Source: Vicugna vicugna (lineage: Eukaryota). Taken from it: 64,000 bases of DNA. The position numbers and the translations under genes are program-made. Within the stretch, counting starts at the first letter, position 1, and each line of letters begins with the position of its first letter. The notes under the pieces are model-generated. The model searched no databases and was not told the origin of the DNA. It saw only the letters and a program-made list of their open reading frames with translations. Shown here piece by piece: positions 45,381 through 64,000 of the stretch. The stretch is from positions 620,001-684,000 of the forward strand of contig MU057398.1 of assembly GCA_013265495.1 (NCBI GenBank), written 5' to 3'.

Positions 45381-46179
45381 TTGCATCTAAGCATGGCTGT
45401 CGACACATATAAAGCCAGTGAGCAGTACATGACAGTTTGTGTACTTTTCTGCCTTTAAGTTATACCTCCATAACGAAGTCTACACAAAAAGCCTAACTTC
45501 CCAGGGTCTGGCTTGGGCAGCTGGGTAAAAGGTGGTGGCAGTGCCACACACTGAGACAGGAAGCTTGTAGCGACTGTGAATCCAGCATTCTGTTTTGTCA
45601 TTTGATTGGAAACATGAGTGAGAAGCTCAGAGGAGGGTTGGGTAGAGATGTCATTTGGGAACGATCGGCAGAGAGATGATCTTCAGAGCTATGAGAATGA
45701 GTGAAGTCACTACTGGAGTGAATGGAGGTAGTGAAGAGGGTCTCCCACCCTGTAGAGGTTGCGTAGAGGAGACAGAGGGCAGTGTCGCAGAGGTCAATAG
45801 GGGAGGGCAGTTGGAGGGGCTGTGGGCACCGAGAGGCCACTAGATTCAGCAGCATGGTCACTGGCGTCTTTGACTTCACTCTGGCGGAGTGGTCGGGTAG
45901 GAGCGAGATGAGAAGGGATTAAAGGGGGGATGGGAAGGAAGTGAGAAATGAGGTAATTATTTTGAGAAGCTTGTCTATAAAAAGGAACAGAGAATTGGGG
46001 TCATGACTGGAGAGAGGTGTTGGGTCAAAGGACTGTTTGTTTCAAGAATGGAAGCCACCAGGACGTATTTGATGAAAATAGACCTAGGAAAAAAAGAAAG
46101 AAAATAGACCCGGGAGCGAGGAAGAAACTGACCACGCGGGAGGAAGACAGGCTGATCTTAGGAGTGAAGAACACCTCAG

Positions 46180-49150
46180 AGAAGACGGGAAAGCTGTGAT
46201 TCTGGCCATAACGGAGGAACCAATACCAGAACAGTCCTCTCACTGTAAACAACTAGAAAGCCAGGCAAAATATTTCAAACAACTATATTCAAACAGTGGA
46301 CAGCAGGCAGGGCAAGACTGATCAGAATGAAAACAAATGTGGTGGTCCCTATGAGCGGCCTGGGTTTCTGTCTGAGTACAGTGCAGGAAGGGGGCTCCTG
46401 AGCAGAACCAGTGCTCTCAGTTATTAGAGCTAACAAGAAAATAGTGGAGAAAAGATAGAATACCAGAAATATTTGATTAATCCAAAAGAAGTCAGGAATA
46501 GAAGAAAAAAGGAGCAAAGAATACATGGAACAAATAGAAAACAAATAGCAAGATGGTAGACTTACACCCAACCATTACATGTAAATGCATTAAACAGACC
46601 AATTAAAAGGCAGAGATTGTGAGGATGGTTTAAAAAGCAAGACTGAACCATATGCTATTTATAAGTGCACTTTAAATATAAAGACACAGATTATTCATAC
46701 CAGACAAAGCAGATGTCAAAAGAAAGAACATTACCAGAGATAAAGAGGGGCATTTCATAATAAAAGGGCCAATTTATCAAGAACACAGAACAATCCTAAA
46801 TGTGTATGCACCCAATTAGAGCTTCAAAACACAAGCAGCAAAACCTGATGGAACTGAAAGGGGAACGCAACTCCACAATTACAGGTGGAGAGGGCGATAC
46901 TTTCCTCTCAGTCCGGCAGAGACTTGAACACTATCAACCACCTTGATCTAATTTGACATTTAGAGAACACTCCACCCAACTGCTGAATATACACTCTTCT
47001 GAAATACACATGGAACATTCATCAAGCTAAACCAAATGTTAAGCCATAAAACAAGTCTCAGTAATCTTAAAAGAAATGCAATTATACAGAATAAATGTTC
47101 TGACCACAACAGAATTAAAAACACGTAACAAAAAGATATCTGCAAAATTCCCCAAATGTTTGGAAATTAAATACACTTCTATGTAAGACATTGGTTAAAG
47201 AAATAATCACAAGGGAAATTAGAAAACATTATGAGCTGAATGATGATGAAAACAGAACATATACAAATGAGTAGAATGCACCTAAAGTTGTTCTCAAAAG
47301 CTTGCTTTATGTATGTATTTATTTATTTATTTTTGGTGAGAGGAGGTAACTAGGTTTATCTATTCTTAAAGGAGGTACTGGGGATTGAACCCAGGACCTC
47401 ATGCGTGCTAAGCATGTGCTCTACCACTTGAGCTGTACCCTCCCCCCAGTAGTGTCTAGTTTTAAATGTTTACGTTACAAAAAGAAAGGTTTAAAATCAG
47501 TGATTTCTTTTTTTCTCCTCCGGGGACAGTATCTGGAGGCATTCAGAATGGTCCAGCGTTTGACATACCATCATAGGCTGTCCTACAATACAGCCTCTAA
47601 CAAAACTAGGCTGTTCCGAACCCCTGGTAATAGAATGGTTTATGTTTATACCAAGAAAGTTGGGAAAGCACCAAAATCCGCAGGTGGCCTGTGCCCAGGC
47701 CAACTTCAAGGAGTTTGTGCTGTGAGACCTAAAGTTCTTACGAGACTGTTTAAAAGAAACAAACATGGCAGCTGGGCTCATGGTGGTTCCACGTGCACTG
47801 AATGTGTCCACAGCAGGTTCAAGCGTGCTTCCTTACAGAGGAGCAGAAAAGGTTGTGAAGGTGTCGGAAGCACAAGCACAGAGTCAGAAAGCTAAATAAA
47901 AACAAAGAAGCTTTTTCGAGCAATAAAAAAGTGAACAAAATAAATGATTTAAGGTATACTTTAAGAAGCTCAAAAAAGATGGTCAAATTAAACACCAAAT
48001 AAGATTTATTACTCAAAAATGAATAAAAGGAAATGATAAAGAGTGGAAATAAAAAAAAATAGAAAATGGAGAAAAATCAGAAAACCAAACTTCGTTCTTT
48101 GAACACAATCAAAAAAAAAAAAAAGGAAAGACATAAATGCTTAAAACTGACACGTGAAAAAACAAAATCTGAATGGCCTCATATCTAATTAAAAAAATTA
48201 TATTTATAATGAAAAACCTTCCTACAAAGAAAACCCCAGGTATAGATGGCTTCACTGGTGAACCCATCAGACATTTAAAGAAGTAACAGCAAGCATACAC
48301 AAGCCCTTTAAGAACACAGGAGAATGAAACACTTTCCAACTTATTCTGAGGCCCTGACATCAAAACCACATAAAGGTATTACAAGTACAGATCAATATCT
48401 CTCATGAACATACTTGTAGAAATTCTCAAGAGATATTAGCAAATGGAATTCAGCAATATGTAAAAGGATAACACATCATGACCAAGAATTGTTTTTATCC
48501 AAGGAATGCAAAGTTGATTTAATACTTGGAAATCAGTTGGTGGGGTTCACCACACCGACAAAGTCCATCTGTGACAACCCTATAGGCAGCATTATGCTTA
48601 ATGGTGAAAGACAGCACTTTGCATGTAAGGTCGAGAATGAGGCAAGGATGTCCACTTTCACAACTTCCATTCAACTTTTTTTTTAACTTGATATTTCTAC
48701 TTCTTTTTAAAAATTTTTTATTAAAAAATTTTTTTAAATGGAGGTGCTGGGGATTGAACCCAGGACCTCATGAATGCTAAGCACACATATTTTTTTTTTT
48801 ACCACTGAGTTATATCTCTATCCCTCGACTTCAACATTTGACTAGAGGCCCTAGCCAGTGAAATAGGCAAGAAAAAGAATGGAAAGGCATACAGATTGGA
48901 AAGGAAAAGGCAAAACTGTTTATTTGCAGATGAGATGACTGTGTGTATAAACTACCCCAAGGTATTTACCAAAAAACTACTAGAGCTAATGTGTGAATTG
49001 AAGCAAGGTCATAGAATGCAAAGCCAATATACAAAACGTAATCATACTTCTATACACTACTAATGATCAATTAGAAAGTGAAACAGGTACCATTTACAAT
49101 AGTGTCAAAATCCATCAAATACAGAGGGAACACTTAACAACTTGTGAACA
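46180..49150 (+). mobile_element. Degenerate LINE-1 ORF2 region interrupted by an RPL34 retrocopy and two SINEs (~47310-47448, ~48680-48825, both minus)
   Basis: Endonuclease/RT-derived text: attaaaaggcagagattg, aatcctaaatgtgtatgcacc, gatggcttcactggtgaa, tttatttgcagatgagatga. Confidence 0.85.
47507..47936 (+). pseudogene. RPL34: Processed pseudogene of ribosomal protein L34
   Basis: ATG 47548: [44 protein letters not shown]; intronless; frameshifts near 47830-47852; C-terminal QSQKAK* ends 47899; AATAAA 47922; imperfect TSD 47493-47506 / 47937-47950. Confidence 0.96.
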
Positions 49151-50370
49151 CACTGTTGGTGAGTAGTGTTGTGAATGAGCCACCAGTCTGGGGGCCTCAG
49201 TGGGAGTGGAAACAAGACTCGTCAGAGGATCTGGGGCTGGGAGGTTGGTGCTTTGGTTTGGACAGTCGAGAACCCTGAGATGAAAAGCACTGGAAAAGCT
49301 CAAGGCTTTCAGCGCAATAAAGCCTACGGGCACAGCCAGAGATCGGAACTTAAGCTCTGCCGCCCCAGGACAACTGGGGCCTCACCAGGCCTGGTGCTGT
49401 GCGGCACGTAGTGTGACTCACCTTTGCAGACAAAAATCATCGTAAGCCTGGGCTACAACCCTGGGTGACTTTCAAAGACACTCAGTCACAGGAAACCTGG
49501 CTTGCTCCTAAAAACCTGAGCCCCATTCTCTTCTTCCTCCCTCTCTTCCAGCTTCCTGCCCTCTTGGGGACTCTCATTGTCTGCGTAACACAGGCCTTGG
49601 GCCCAGTCAAACCTTGGGTAGTGGCCCCTCGGTCACAATCAGTGCCTGGGCCTGAGGCTGAGCCTGTGGCCTCTGGAGCCTGACCTGGCTGGGTGCCCGT
49701 CTGGAGCACCCAGAGGTGGCCTGGCTGGTAGGCAGCCATGTTACGCTAGCCCCCATGTCCCCGGCGAAGCCTGCAGACATCGGCCTGACAGGAGCTGACG
49801 CTAGACTCTCTGGGCTGTCTCAGAGCTCTCACTTCTAGCTAGAGGGCTGAGCCGCATGACAGCCACAGCCACAGCCACAGCTCACCTTTCCTTTTCCAAA
49901 TTACACGCGGCTGGTAGGGCCCTGGGCCTCAGCGACTCTGTCTTCAGAGTGGCTGCTTTCCCACAGGGCTTCAGCAAAGTCCAAACAGAAGGGCTAAGGG
50001 CTGCTGCTGTAGGCCTGGACGGCAGTCGCCCTGCCCGACCCTCGGGGGAGCTGGCTCCCCACTCTGTCCCACTGGACCTGCGGCCCCACTCTCCTCTCCT
50101 TCTTGGCTCCTGTAGCCAGCACCCTCAGGACATGCACTCTCCTCGCCATGGCCCTCCAATGACATCGGCTTTCCTCTCCTGAAAATTCTAGACTGTAGGC
50201 AGGCCTTTCAGATGTCCTGCCCTGCCAACGGCTAGCAGCGGCCAGCCCGGGGGGCTCTGTGTCCTGTCTGTGCCTAAAGCCCTAGAGCAGCAGGGCCCAT
50301 CACCTGCTCTCCCACGGGAGGCTGGAGCCCCTGCCCCGCCACCCGCGAGCTGCCAACGGTTCGTGTGCCG

Positions 50371-50394
50371 TGAGAACTTCTGACCATGAGAACT
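50371..50394 (-). promoter_or_regulatory. Two tandem miR-146a/b 8mer target sites in IRAK1 3'UTR
   Basis: TGAGAACT on + (AGUUCUCA in mRNA) at 50371-50378 and 50387-50394; IRAK1 is an established miR-146a target. Confidence 0.9.
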
Positions 50395-50435
50395 GTGACT
50401 TCCAGGTTTGGGGGTCTAGTGCCCAGGTGAGCTGG

Positions 50436-57881
<7,446 letters not shown>

Positions 57882-57991
57882 GGCCGCCGCCGCCGCCCGG
57901 CCGGGGCCTCTCGGGGCCTCTCGGGGCCGCGGCGGGCGCGGGCCTCGGCCGCCCGGGTCCGCGGACACTGACTCACTTCCCCTTTAAGCCG

Positions 57992-58060
57992 GCCTCGTGC
58001 GACGCCCGGCGGGGCGGAAGGGGCGGTGCCCGGGCCCGCCGCCATTTCGCCCGCCGCCGC
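57992..58060 (-). ncRNA. MIR718: MIR718-like sequence at the IRAK1 5' end
   Basis: Minus strand 58020-58000 reads CTTCCGCCCCGCCGGGCGTCG, matching my recollection of human miR-718, at the syntenic position. Whether it is processed as a miRNA here is unproven. Confidence 0.6.
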
Positions 58061-60443
58061 CGCCGCCTCCGCGATCCTCGGCCACACGGGGGCGCCGCGC
58101 GCGGTCACTCCCCGAAGGCAGCGCCGCTTGGCCCGGCGAGGCGGGCGGGGCTGGCTTCCCAGAGGAGGAGCCGTCTGAGCGGGGCTGAGGGATGGACGGG
58201 ATCGGTTCTGAGCGGCGGGGAAAGCCGGCCTGGCGAAGGCCCGGGGCCTTCCAGAAAGGGCTAGAATCGGGACTTACGCGAGTCAGTAGGAGGTCCCCTG
58301 AAGAAGTTTTGGTTTTATTTGGGAGGCAGCGGAGAGTGGTCAAGAGATCCGGGCAGGACAGGGTCAGATGTCGGTCATGCAAAGGCTCCTGGCTGACTGC
58401 GGTCAGCTGGCAGGGAGGCTGGGTGCAGGAAGAAAGGTCTGGAAGCTTTCCAGCAGGTCACTCCAGCTCAGAGCATTTGCACCCACCTACTGTGCCCGAA
58501 TCCCATCTTTTCTGCTCCTTCAGGAACCTGCTCCAGCAGTTGATAGCTCTTTGCAATATCTGTTACTTTTCCTTCTTTGCTGGCTCTTTCCCAGCAGCAC
58601 GTAAAACGTGTTTACGTCCCTTAAATTAAAACAGGCCTTCAGCTCCTGCTGCCCCTCCTCCCTCTTGTCGCACTCAGTTTGCACTACCCCTGTGAAGACA
58701 GCAGAGGCCGGCCGCTCCCACCCACTTTTCTGAAGCAGTCACCAGGCACCAAGCTCTGTTCCCTGCCTATTTGACATCTCCCCACACTGGTCTCTCTCGC
58801 CCATTCCCTACTCCGCCATCAGCAGCCACTGTTGTCCTGTCACCTCCCTGGACTTCTCTGGAGTCCATCTCATCCCCACAGGCCCACTGCCCTCACTACC
58901 ACCTCTTGCCGGGATGAACCTGCTGGCTTCCTGACGGCTTCCAGGCCTCATCCCTGCCCTGGTGTTGGTCTTCCTTGGGCACAAATCAAGCCACATCACT
59001 TTCCTGCTTAAGACCCTCCTGTCGTTCCTGAAGCCCTCCAGTGGGATCCCAGCTCTTCTGCACAGCCTCCACTGTTGTCACAATGTGGCCCCTTCCCGCC
59101 CATCTCTGTCTAGCTCTCTGCACACCTCAGCAGCCTTGAGCCATCCAGAATGCCCCAGGGTTCCCAGACACCAGGGCTCCTGCACCCATGAGTTTGCAAC
59201 TGTAGCTCCAAGGCCCTCAGGCAACAAGGTTGAGCTCAAACAGTTCCTCAGGTGGAAACTAGGGTGAGAGCTCCCTAGGCCCCAGAAGCCGAGTTGCCCA
59301 CAGCCCTTGCCTCACCTGGCATCTCTGGTGCACCCTTCTCCACCTTCGCATTTGTCTGCCTCCCCCACCAGATGGAGGAAGACACCCCCGCCTCAAAAGC
59401 AGCAAGGGTGCCTTCCTCTTTCTCCAACTGGATGCTTGCTTGAAAGGCAACAGGTCTTCTTCCCTGATCACCCCCTTGCCCTCTCTAGCCTGACCCCAGA
59501 GGGCTGTCTCCTCCCCTCCCCACATTGCTGTCCACCTTGACAGATGTAGTGCTGTTTCCAGAAACTAGGTCTGCCCCAGACAGGCCTCCACTGGAGCCTC
59601 TTCCCAGAAGTTGCAGCCATTGCCAGCCACTCCCAAACAGGAGGCCAGCCACACTAAGCCCCAGTGGCTTCCCACAGGGACACCCCTTAGTGAGACTACA
59701 ACCCGAGTCTGGGAAATTATCATGTGCATACACATGCACTAAGCTCTCAGGGAACAGGGACTTGGTCCTACTTGCTCACTGCTGGACTGCAGCTCCTGGG
59801 ACAGCCCTGGGACACGAAGAACGCTCAGTACACACACATGTTGAATTTCAACCCTTTGTTTTAACGTTCAAGGCCAGGACTTTCCAGCGCACCTTCTAGT
59901 AGGTGTGTCCACATTTGCGTGTGATGCTGGACTCTGAGCAGTCGGTTGTGTCCCCTCCAGCCCATCAACAGCCAACTGGAAGATGGCTGTGGCAGGGCTG
60001 GCAGCTCCTGAGAGCCTGCAGCCTTCTGGGAAGCCAGGGAGCACAGGCCGGGTGTGACAAGGCCGGCAAACCCCAGTGACGACGGCGACCCCTTCGGGCA
60101 GGGAGCCAGGTCAGGGGAGGCCATGGGAAGGTCTCAGGCAGTAGGTCCAGGAGGAGCCCGAGCTGGGGGTGGGGTGGAGTGTTTCCAAAAGCACCTCGGC
60201 ACATGCTGCACGTCCAGAGCAAGGAGACGCCCCTACTGTGGCCTCAGGAATAGGGAAGCTGCAGCCTGCCTGCTTCTGGACGTCCGGCACCACATGCCCA
60301 AAGGGGGGCCAGAGCGGGCTGCCCTTTCCGCCGTGGCAGTCCCAAAAGCTGGCTCATTTGTGCTCAGGGACCGCCAGAGCGAATCAGGAAACACCACCAT
60401 GCTGTCCTGTGAGCTGTCTGATAATGAAAGCCCAGACCTTGAG

Positions 60444-60691
60444 TCACTTTCACAGAGAGATTTATCGAGAATGCTAACAGCACAGGATACAGTACTTCCC
60501 AACAAAAGGTGCAAACGCGTCACTTAGAAAGGCATGCTGAGTATTCTTGGCTTTCACACGTATTAAAAAACTTACAAAAATAAAATAAAACTGCGTGCTG
60601 CCCATCTTTTCAAATAGTAAAAGAACCTTATGAAAAAATCACTTGATTTTACAACAAAAGACACAAACGGACATTTTTATGTAAATTTATA
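60444..60691 (-). terminator. MECP2 distal polyadenylation region (variant signals TATAAA 60686-60691, GATAAA 60461-60466)
   Basis: tttata and tttatc on +, with GU/U-rich sequence downstream on the minus strand. Confidence 0.7.
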
Positions 60692-62288
60692 AGGCAAACT
60701 CTTTATATAATAAATAGGTTACAGGGATTCAGTGGGGGGTGTTTTTGAAACGTATACAGGTACATTCAGACAGGTTTACTGAAATGGTACAAATTTCCTT
60801 AATAAATTGCCTTTTGTTTTTAAATATATCAGTGCTTTCAGTCATTTGGCTATACACAAAGAACCTTTTTTTTGAACACTACAAAAAAGCAATCAGTATT
60901 TTTTGTTTTTAAAACGACCTACTTATTTTTCTAAAGTAATTGTCCCAAAACACAAAAACTGAAGGTGAGTGCGACAGAGGGCTCTCTGAGACATCTCCAG
61001 CCAAGTCTGTCCCGGGCGGCTCCTCGCGCCCCACGCACACCTCTCCCGCCCTCTTTCGGGCTTCCAGGCTTCTGGGCTGGAGCCAGCTCCCTCTGCACAG
61101 GGCGACCTGTGTCGCTGCGACCTGGGAGGGGGCAGCGTCCCGGCCTGGTCCTTCCTGCAACTAAATCCCACATGCAAACGGTCACCACAGTCAGCACTGT
61201 CCTCGCCTGTCAGCGGAGGAGCCTCCGGGCACTAAGGGAGCACACACCTGTCCCTGTACCATCAGCCCCAAACAATGTCTGGGAGGTAACGGCTTCTCTG
61301 AGATGGGTCTGGTTTTGCCATGAAAAAATAAGGGGGTTTCTCATGTCGGAATTTTGCTGGGGATTAGATGACGGCGAAGTGGGGGCTATCCCTCCACCAC
61401 CATCTTATCATCCGGGCAAGTGGGGAATGGAGAGGTGACGTTAGTGTTGTGCACTGCGGGACAGGGTGGGATGGGATGGGGGTGCCCTGAACAGTAATGC
61501 CCACCCTGCATGGTAATGCCCTGTCAATGTATACCTGACCTCCGGCCACAGCAGGGTCTTCAGGGAGATGCCTATCCTTTGTCTGAGCCACACCGCTCAG
61601 GCCCGCCCCAAACTTCCCCTACCCAGGCAAGGCTGCTCTGCTCACACACGTCCTGGCTCCCCTTGCAGGAACATGTCTTGTCTGTCCTTAAAAAATAATA
61701 ATGATGCTAAGAATCTGAGGGGGGGTGGGCAAAAGAATTCACTGAGTGGAACAAAACCTGGTTTTGCTCTGACTTCGAAAATGGCAACACATCAGCTATT
61801 CGGCCCATTGGCTTTAGGCTTAGTGTCTTTGGGTGGCTTCCAGCTGATATAGGCAGGGGTCCTGTCTTTGGATCTCCCCTCCTGGGGAAAAAGGACAGCC
61901 CCTCTCATCTCAGTTACCATCCCGCTCTCCGAATTCTTTTGTTTGTAAAGAAAAGGTGTCTAGAAGCATTTGTCTCTGGAACAATTACTTTAAACATAGT
62001 TACAATACAGACTTCAGTTCAAACACAGAAGAGATTTACTTAGCAGAGTTCCTTTCACCCACCAAAAATTACACAAATATAAGCCTCAACACCACAGTTA
62101 AGAGGACCAGTAGAGAGAACCTCATGTTTGGAACACAAAAGGGGAAATAAAAACCAAACCAAACCCAAACAGAAAAACCCCAGAGAGACAAAGGGAGGGC
62201 GAAGGGGGTGGGGAGCAAACACAGCACACGGTACAGTGTCCGGGTACGCGGGAGCCCAGCGCGAGGAAAGGGCTCGGCACACATTGAG

Positions 62289-62296
62289 TAACAGTC
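62289..62296 (-). promoter_or_regulatory. miR-132/212 8mer site in MECP2 3'UTR
   Basis: TAACAGTC on + (GACUGUUA in mRNA); MECP2 regulation by miR-132 is established. Confidence 0.75.
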
Positions 62297-64000
62297 CTGG
62301 TGATATTTGGTCATATATTCATCAACTACTGACTCTGGAGCGGCTGTTATTGATTGAAGCAGTGACAACTCAAACGGAAAAGGAGGCCTTGGTGGCAAGG
62401 GAAGGAGCAGGCTTCGAGTTCTGCAAGCCTTTCGCACTCCACCGTCCAGCTCCCCAGAAACACTGAACTGGGTGGGCCCTGCTCCGTCCGGGCGGGGCGA
62501 GAGGTCACCGGGTGAGGCTAACTCAGCGCTGATTTCAGGTTTCAGTCGGAAAGCACGCCTGCGGACTGGTGCAGACACCCACCTGGGGGAGGCCTCGCAG
62601 CAGCCTCCTCCGCCCCCGCCCCGGCTGGGCGGGCCAGGAGGCTGTGGCCCCACTGCTAATACTGAACGAAGGCTGGCGTGAGACCCCAGACCGGGCCCGG
62701 AGGCTGCCCCAGCCCAGGTTCTCCGAGGGGCCCGCGGGCAGCCTGGCCACCCAAAGGGCCTGCGAGTGTTTCTCTTTTGGATTCAGGCCTCAGAAGTCAT
62801 GACGCAGGGAGGGAAGCTTTTGGCCCTGGTGATTATAATGCTCTCTGCTTTGGAAGAACAAGTTTCTGGATTTTTTTTTGGTGTTTTTAATTACTTAAAA
62901 AAACGATCAAAAAGAACTGTTACGGCTAAACTCTAGCAGATATTGCTCATTAAGAATTACAAAAGCAAATGCAATTACTCGTAGGATGGGGAGAAGAGGA
63001 AGGGATGTTTCTGGAGTCTTTGCTACCTCTTGGAGGGGACCCACTGGACCTCCTATGTGGTTCTGGGGTCCCTGGTGTACTACCTGGTGCAGCTCACACT
63101 TTCAGAGATGAGACAAGGCCTTCCATCTCCCCTCCAACCCCGGACTCTGCAAAGCAGGAGCCCTGCTGGTGGGGAGGCCTGCTGAGCCGACTCTCCAAAC
63201 AGGATCACTCTGAAGGGGTCACTGGAAGGGGTCAGGGTGGGGGTCAGGCCACCCCCAGGTACTCCAGCTGCCCCACCCAGGATCGAAGGGGACCAGGTGG
63301 TGCCAATGACATTCCTGGCTTCGCCAGGGCAAGGGAGCACTCTTGCGCCCACCCGTTGAAACGAACTATCTTGCACCAGCACCCTGGGGCCTCTCTCTCA
63401 AGCTTGGGAGAAACAGTGCAAAACCCAGGTGCTGCCTGGAGCCTCCTTCGCTTGGCACAGGGAAGCCCTTGAAAGAAGCGAGGAAAGACCACGCATCTGC
63501 CTGGACAGAAGTGACCAGCAGACAGGTTTGTCGTTTTTTTTTTTGTTTGTTTTGTTTTTTGTTTTTTTTTTAAATTTTCCCTTGTCCTATGCTATGGTTA
63601 TCAGAAATATTGTAATTAAGCAACAGGTATAATTTTAACAGGTCTTTTTTGTGTGGAGCCACAAGCAAAATGAGTTTATAATTGTGCAATATACAGATAT
63701 ATATATATAAAAATTCAACTGCTTTGTGTGTCTAGTCGGTGTGTTAAATAAAAGGGACAGAAGAACTAAAAGCAAAACTAAAAAGCGAAACAAACGCCCA
63801 GGATAGAAGAGACCAAGCAGGCCTATGCGTATAGTCTATAAGATACTGGGTATAATCAGGGTCACCAGGAAGAACAGCTTTGTCACTTGACACACAAACA
63901 CTGTGGGAAGAAGGACTACCAGTGGGCAGGAGCCAAACCTCTTGGCCTTTTGATCTCATTTTCTCTCACTGCTGAGCAAGACCTGAGGACAGGTAGATCA

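Larger units (their letters stand above)
60444..64000 (-). other. MECP2: Distal part of the long MECP2 3'UTR (last exon); no CDS in window
   Basis: Synteny with IRAK1, plus recalled conserved terminal sequence ...gttagcattctcgataaatctctctgtgaaagtga and ...ttgccttataaatttacataaaaatgtccg on the minus strand. Confidence 0.9.

Noticed and set aside
62069..63472. ORFs within the MECP2 3'UTR
   Set aside because: GC-rich UTR segments; no MECP2 or other protein motifs seen.

Overview
Mammalian X-chromosome segment syntenic with human Xq28. Gene order: HCFC1 (minus; coding exons 1-19 and the start of exon 20, running off the left edge), a shared bidirectional CpG-island promoter, TMEM187 (plus; single coding exon), a ~25 kb repeat-rich intergenic block, IRAK1 (minus; 14 coding exons, 726 aa) with a MIR718-like sequence at its 5' end, and the distal ~3.5 kb of the MECP2 long 3'UTR (minus). 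The intergenic block holds L1 fragments, LTRs, tRNA-derived SINEs and an RPL34 processed pseudogene. The SINE family resembles camelid SINEs, so the species is probably a camel or alpaca (inference). I placed exon boundaries by hand from GT/AG signals and reading-frame continuity. Observations most worth follow-up: (1) an 81-nt inverted copy of the HCFC1 exon 8/intron 8 junction in intron 6, next to the 207-nt exon-8 exitron; (2) a regularly spaced array of YY1-site/uORF modules upstream of HCFC1; (3) an orphan CpG island at ~32.6-33.1 kb; (4) a one-armed, apparently pre-hairpin homologue of human MIR3202.
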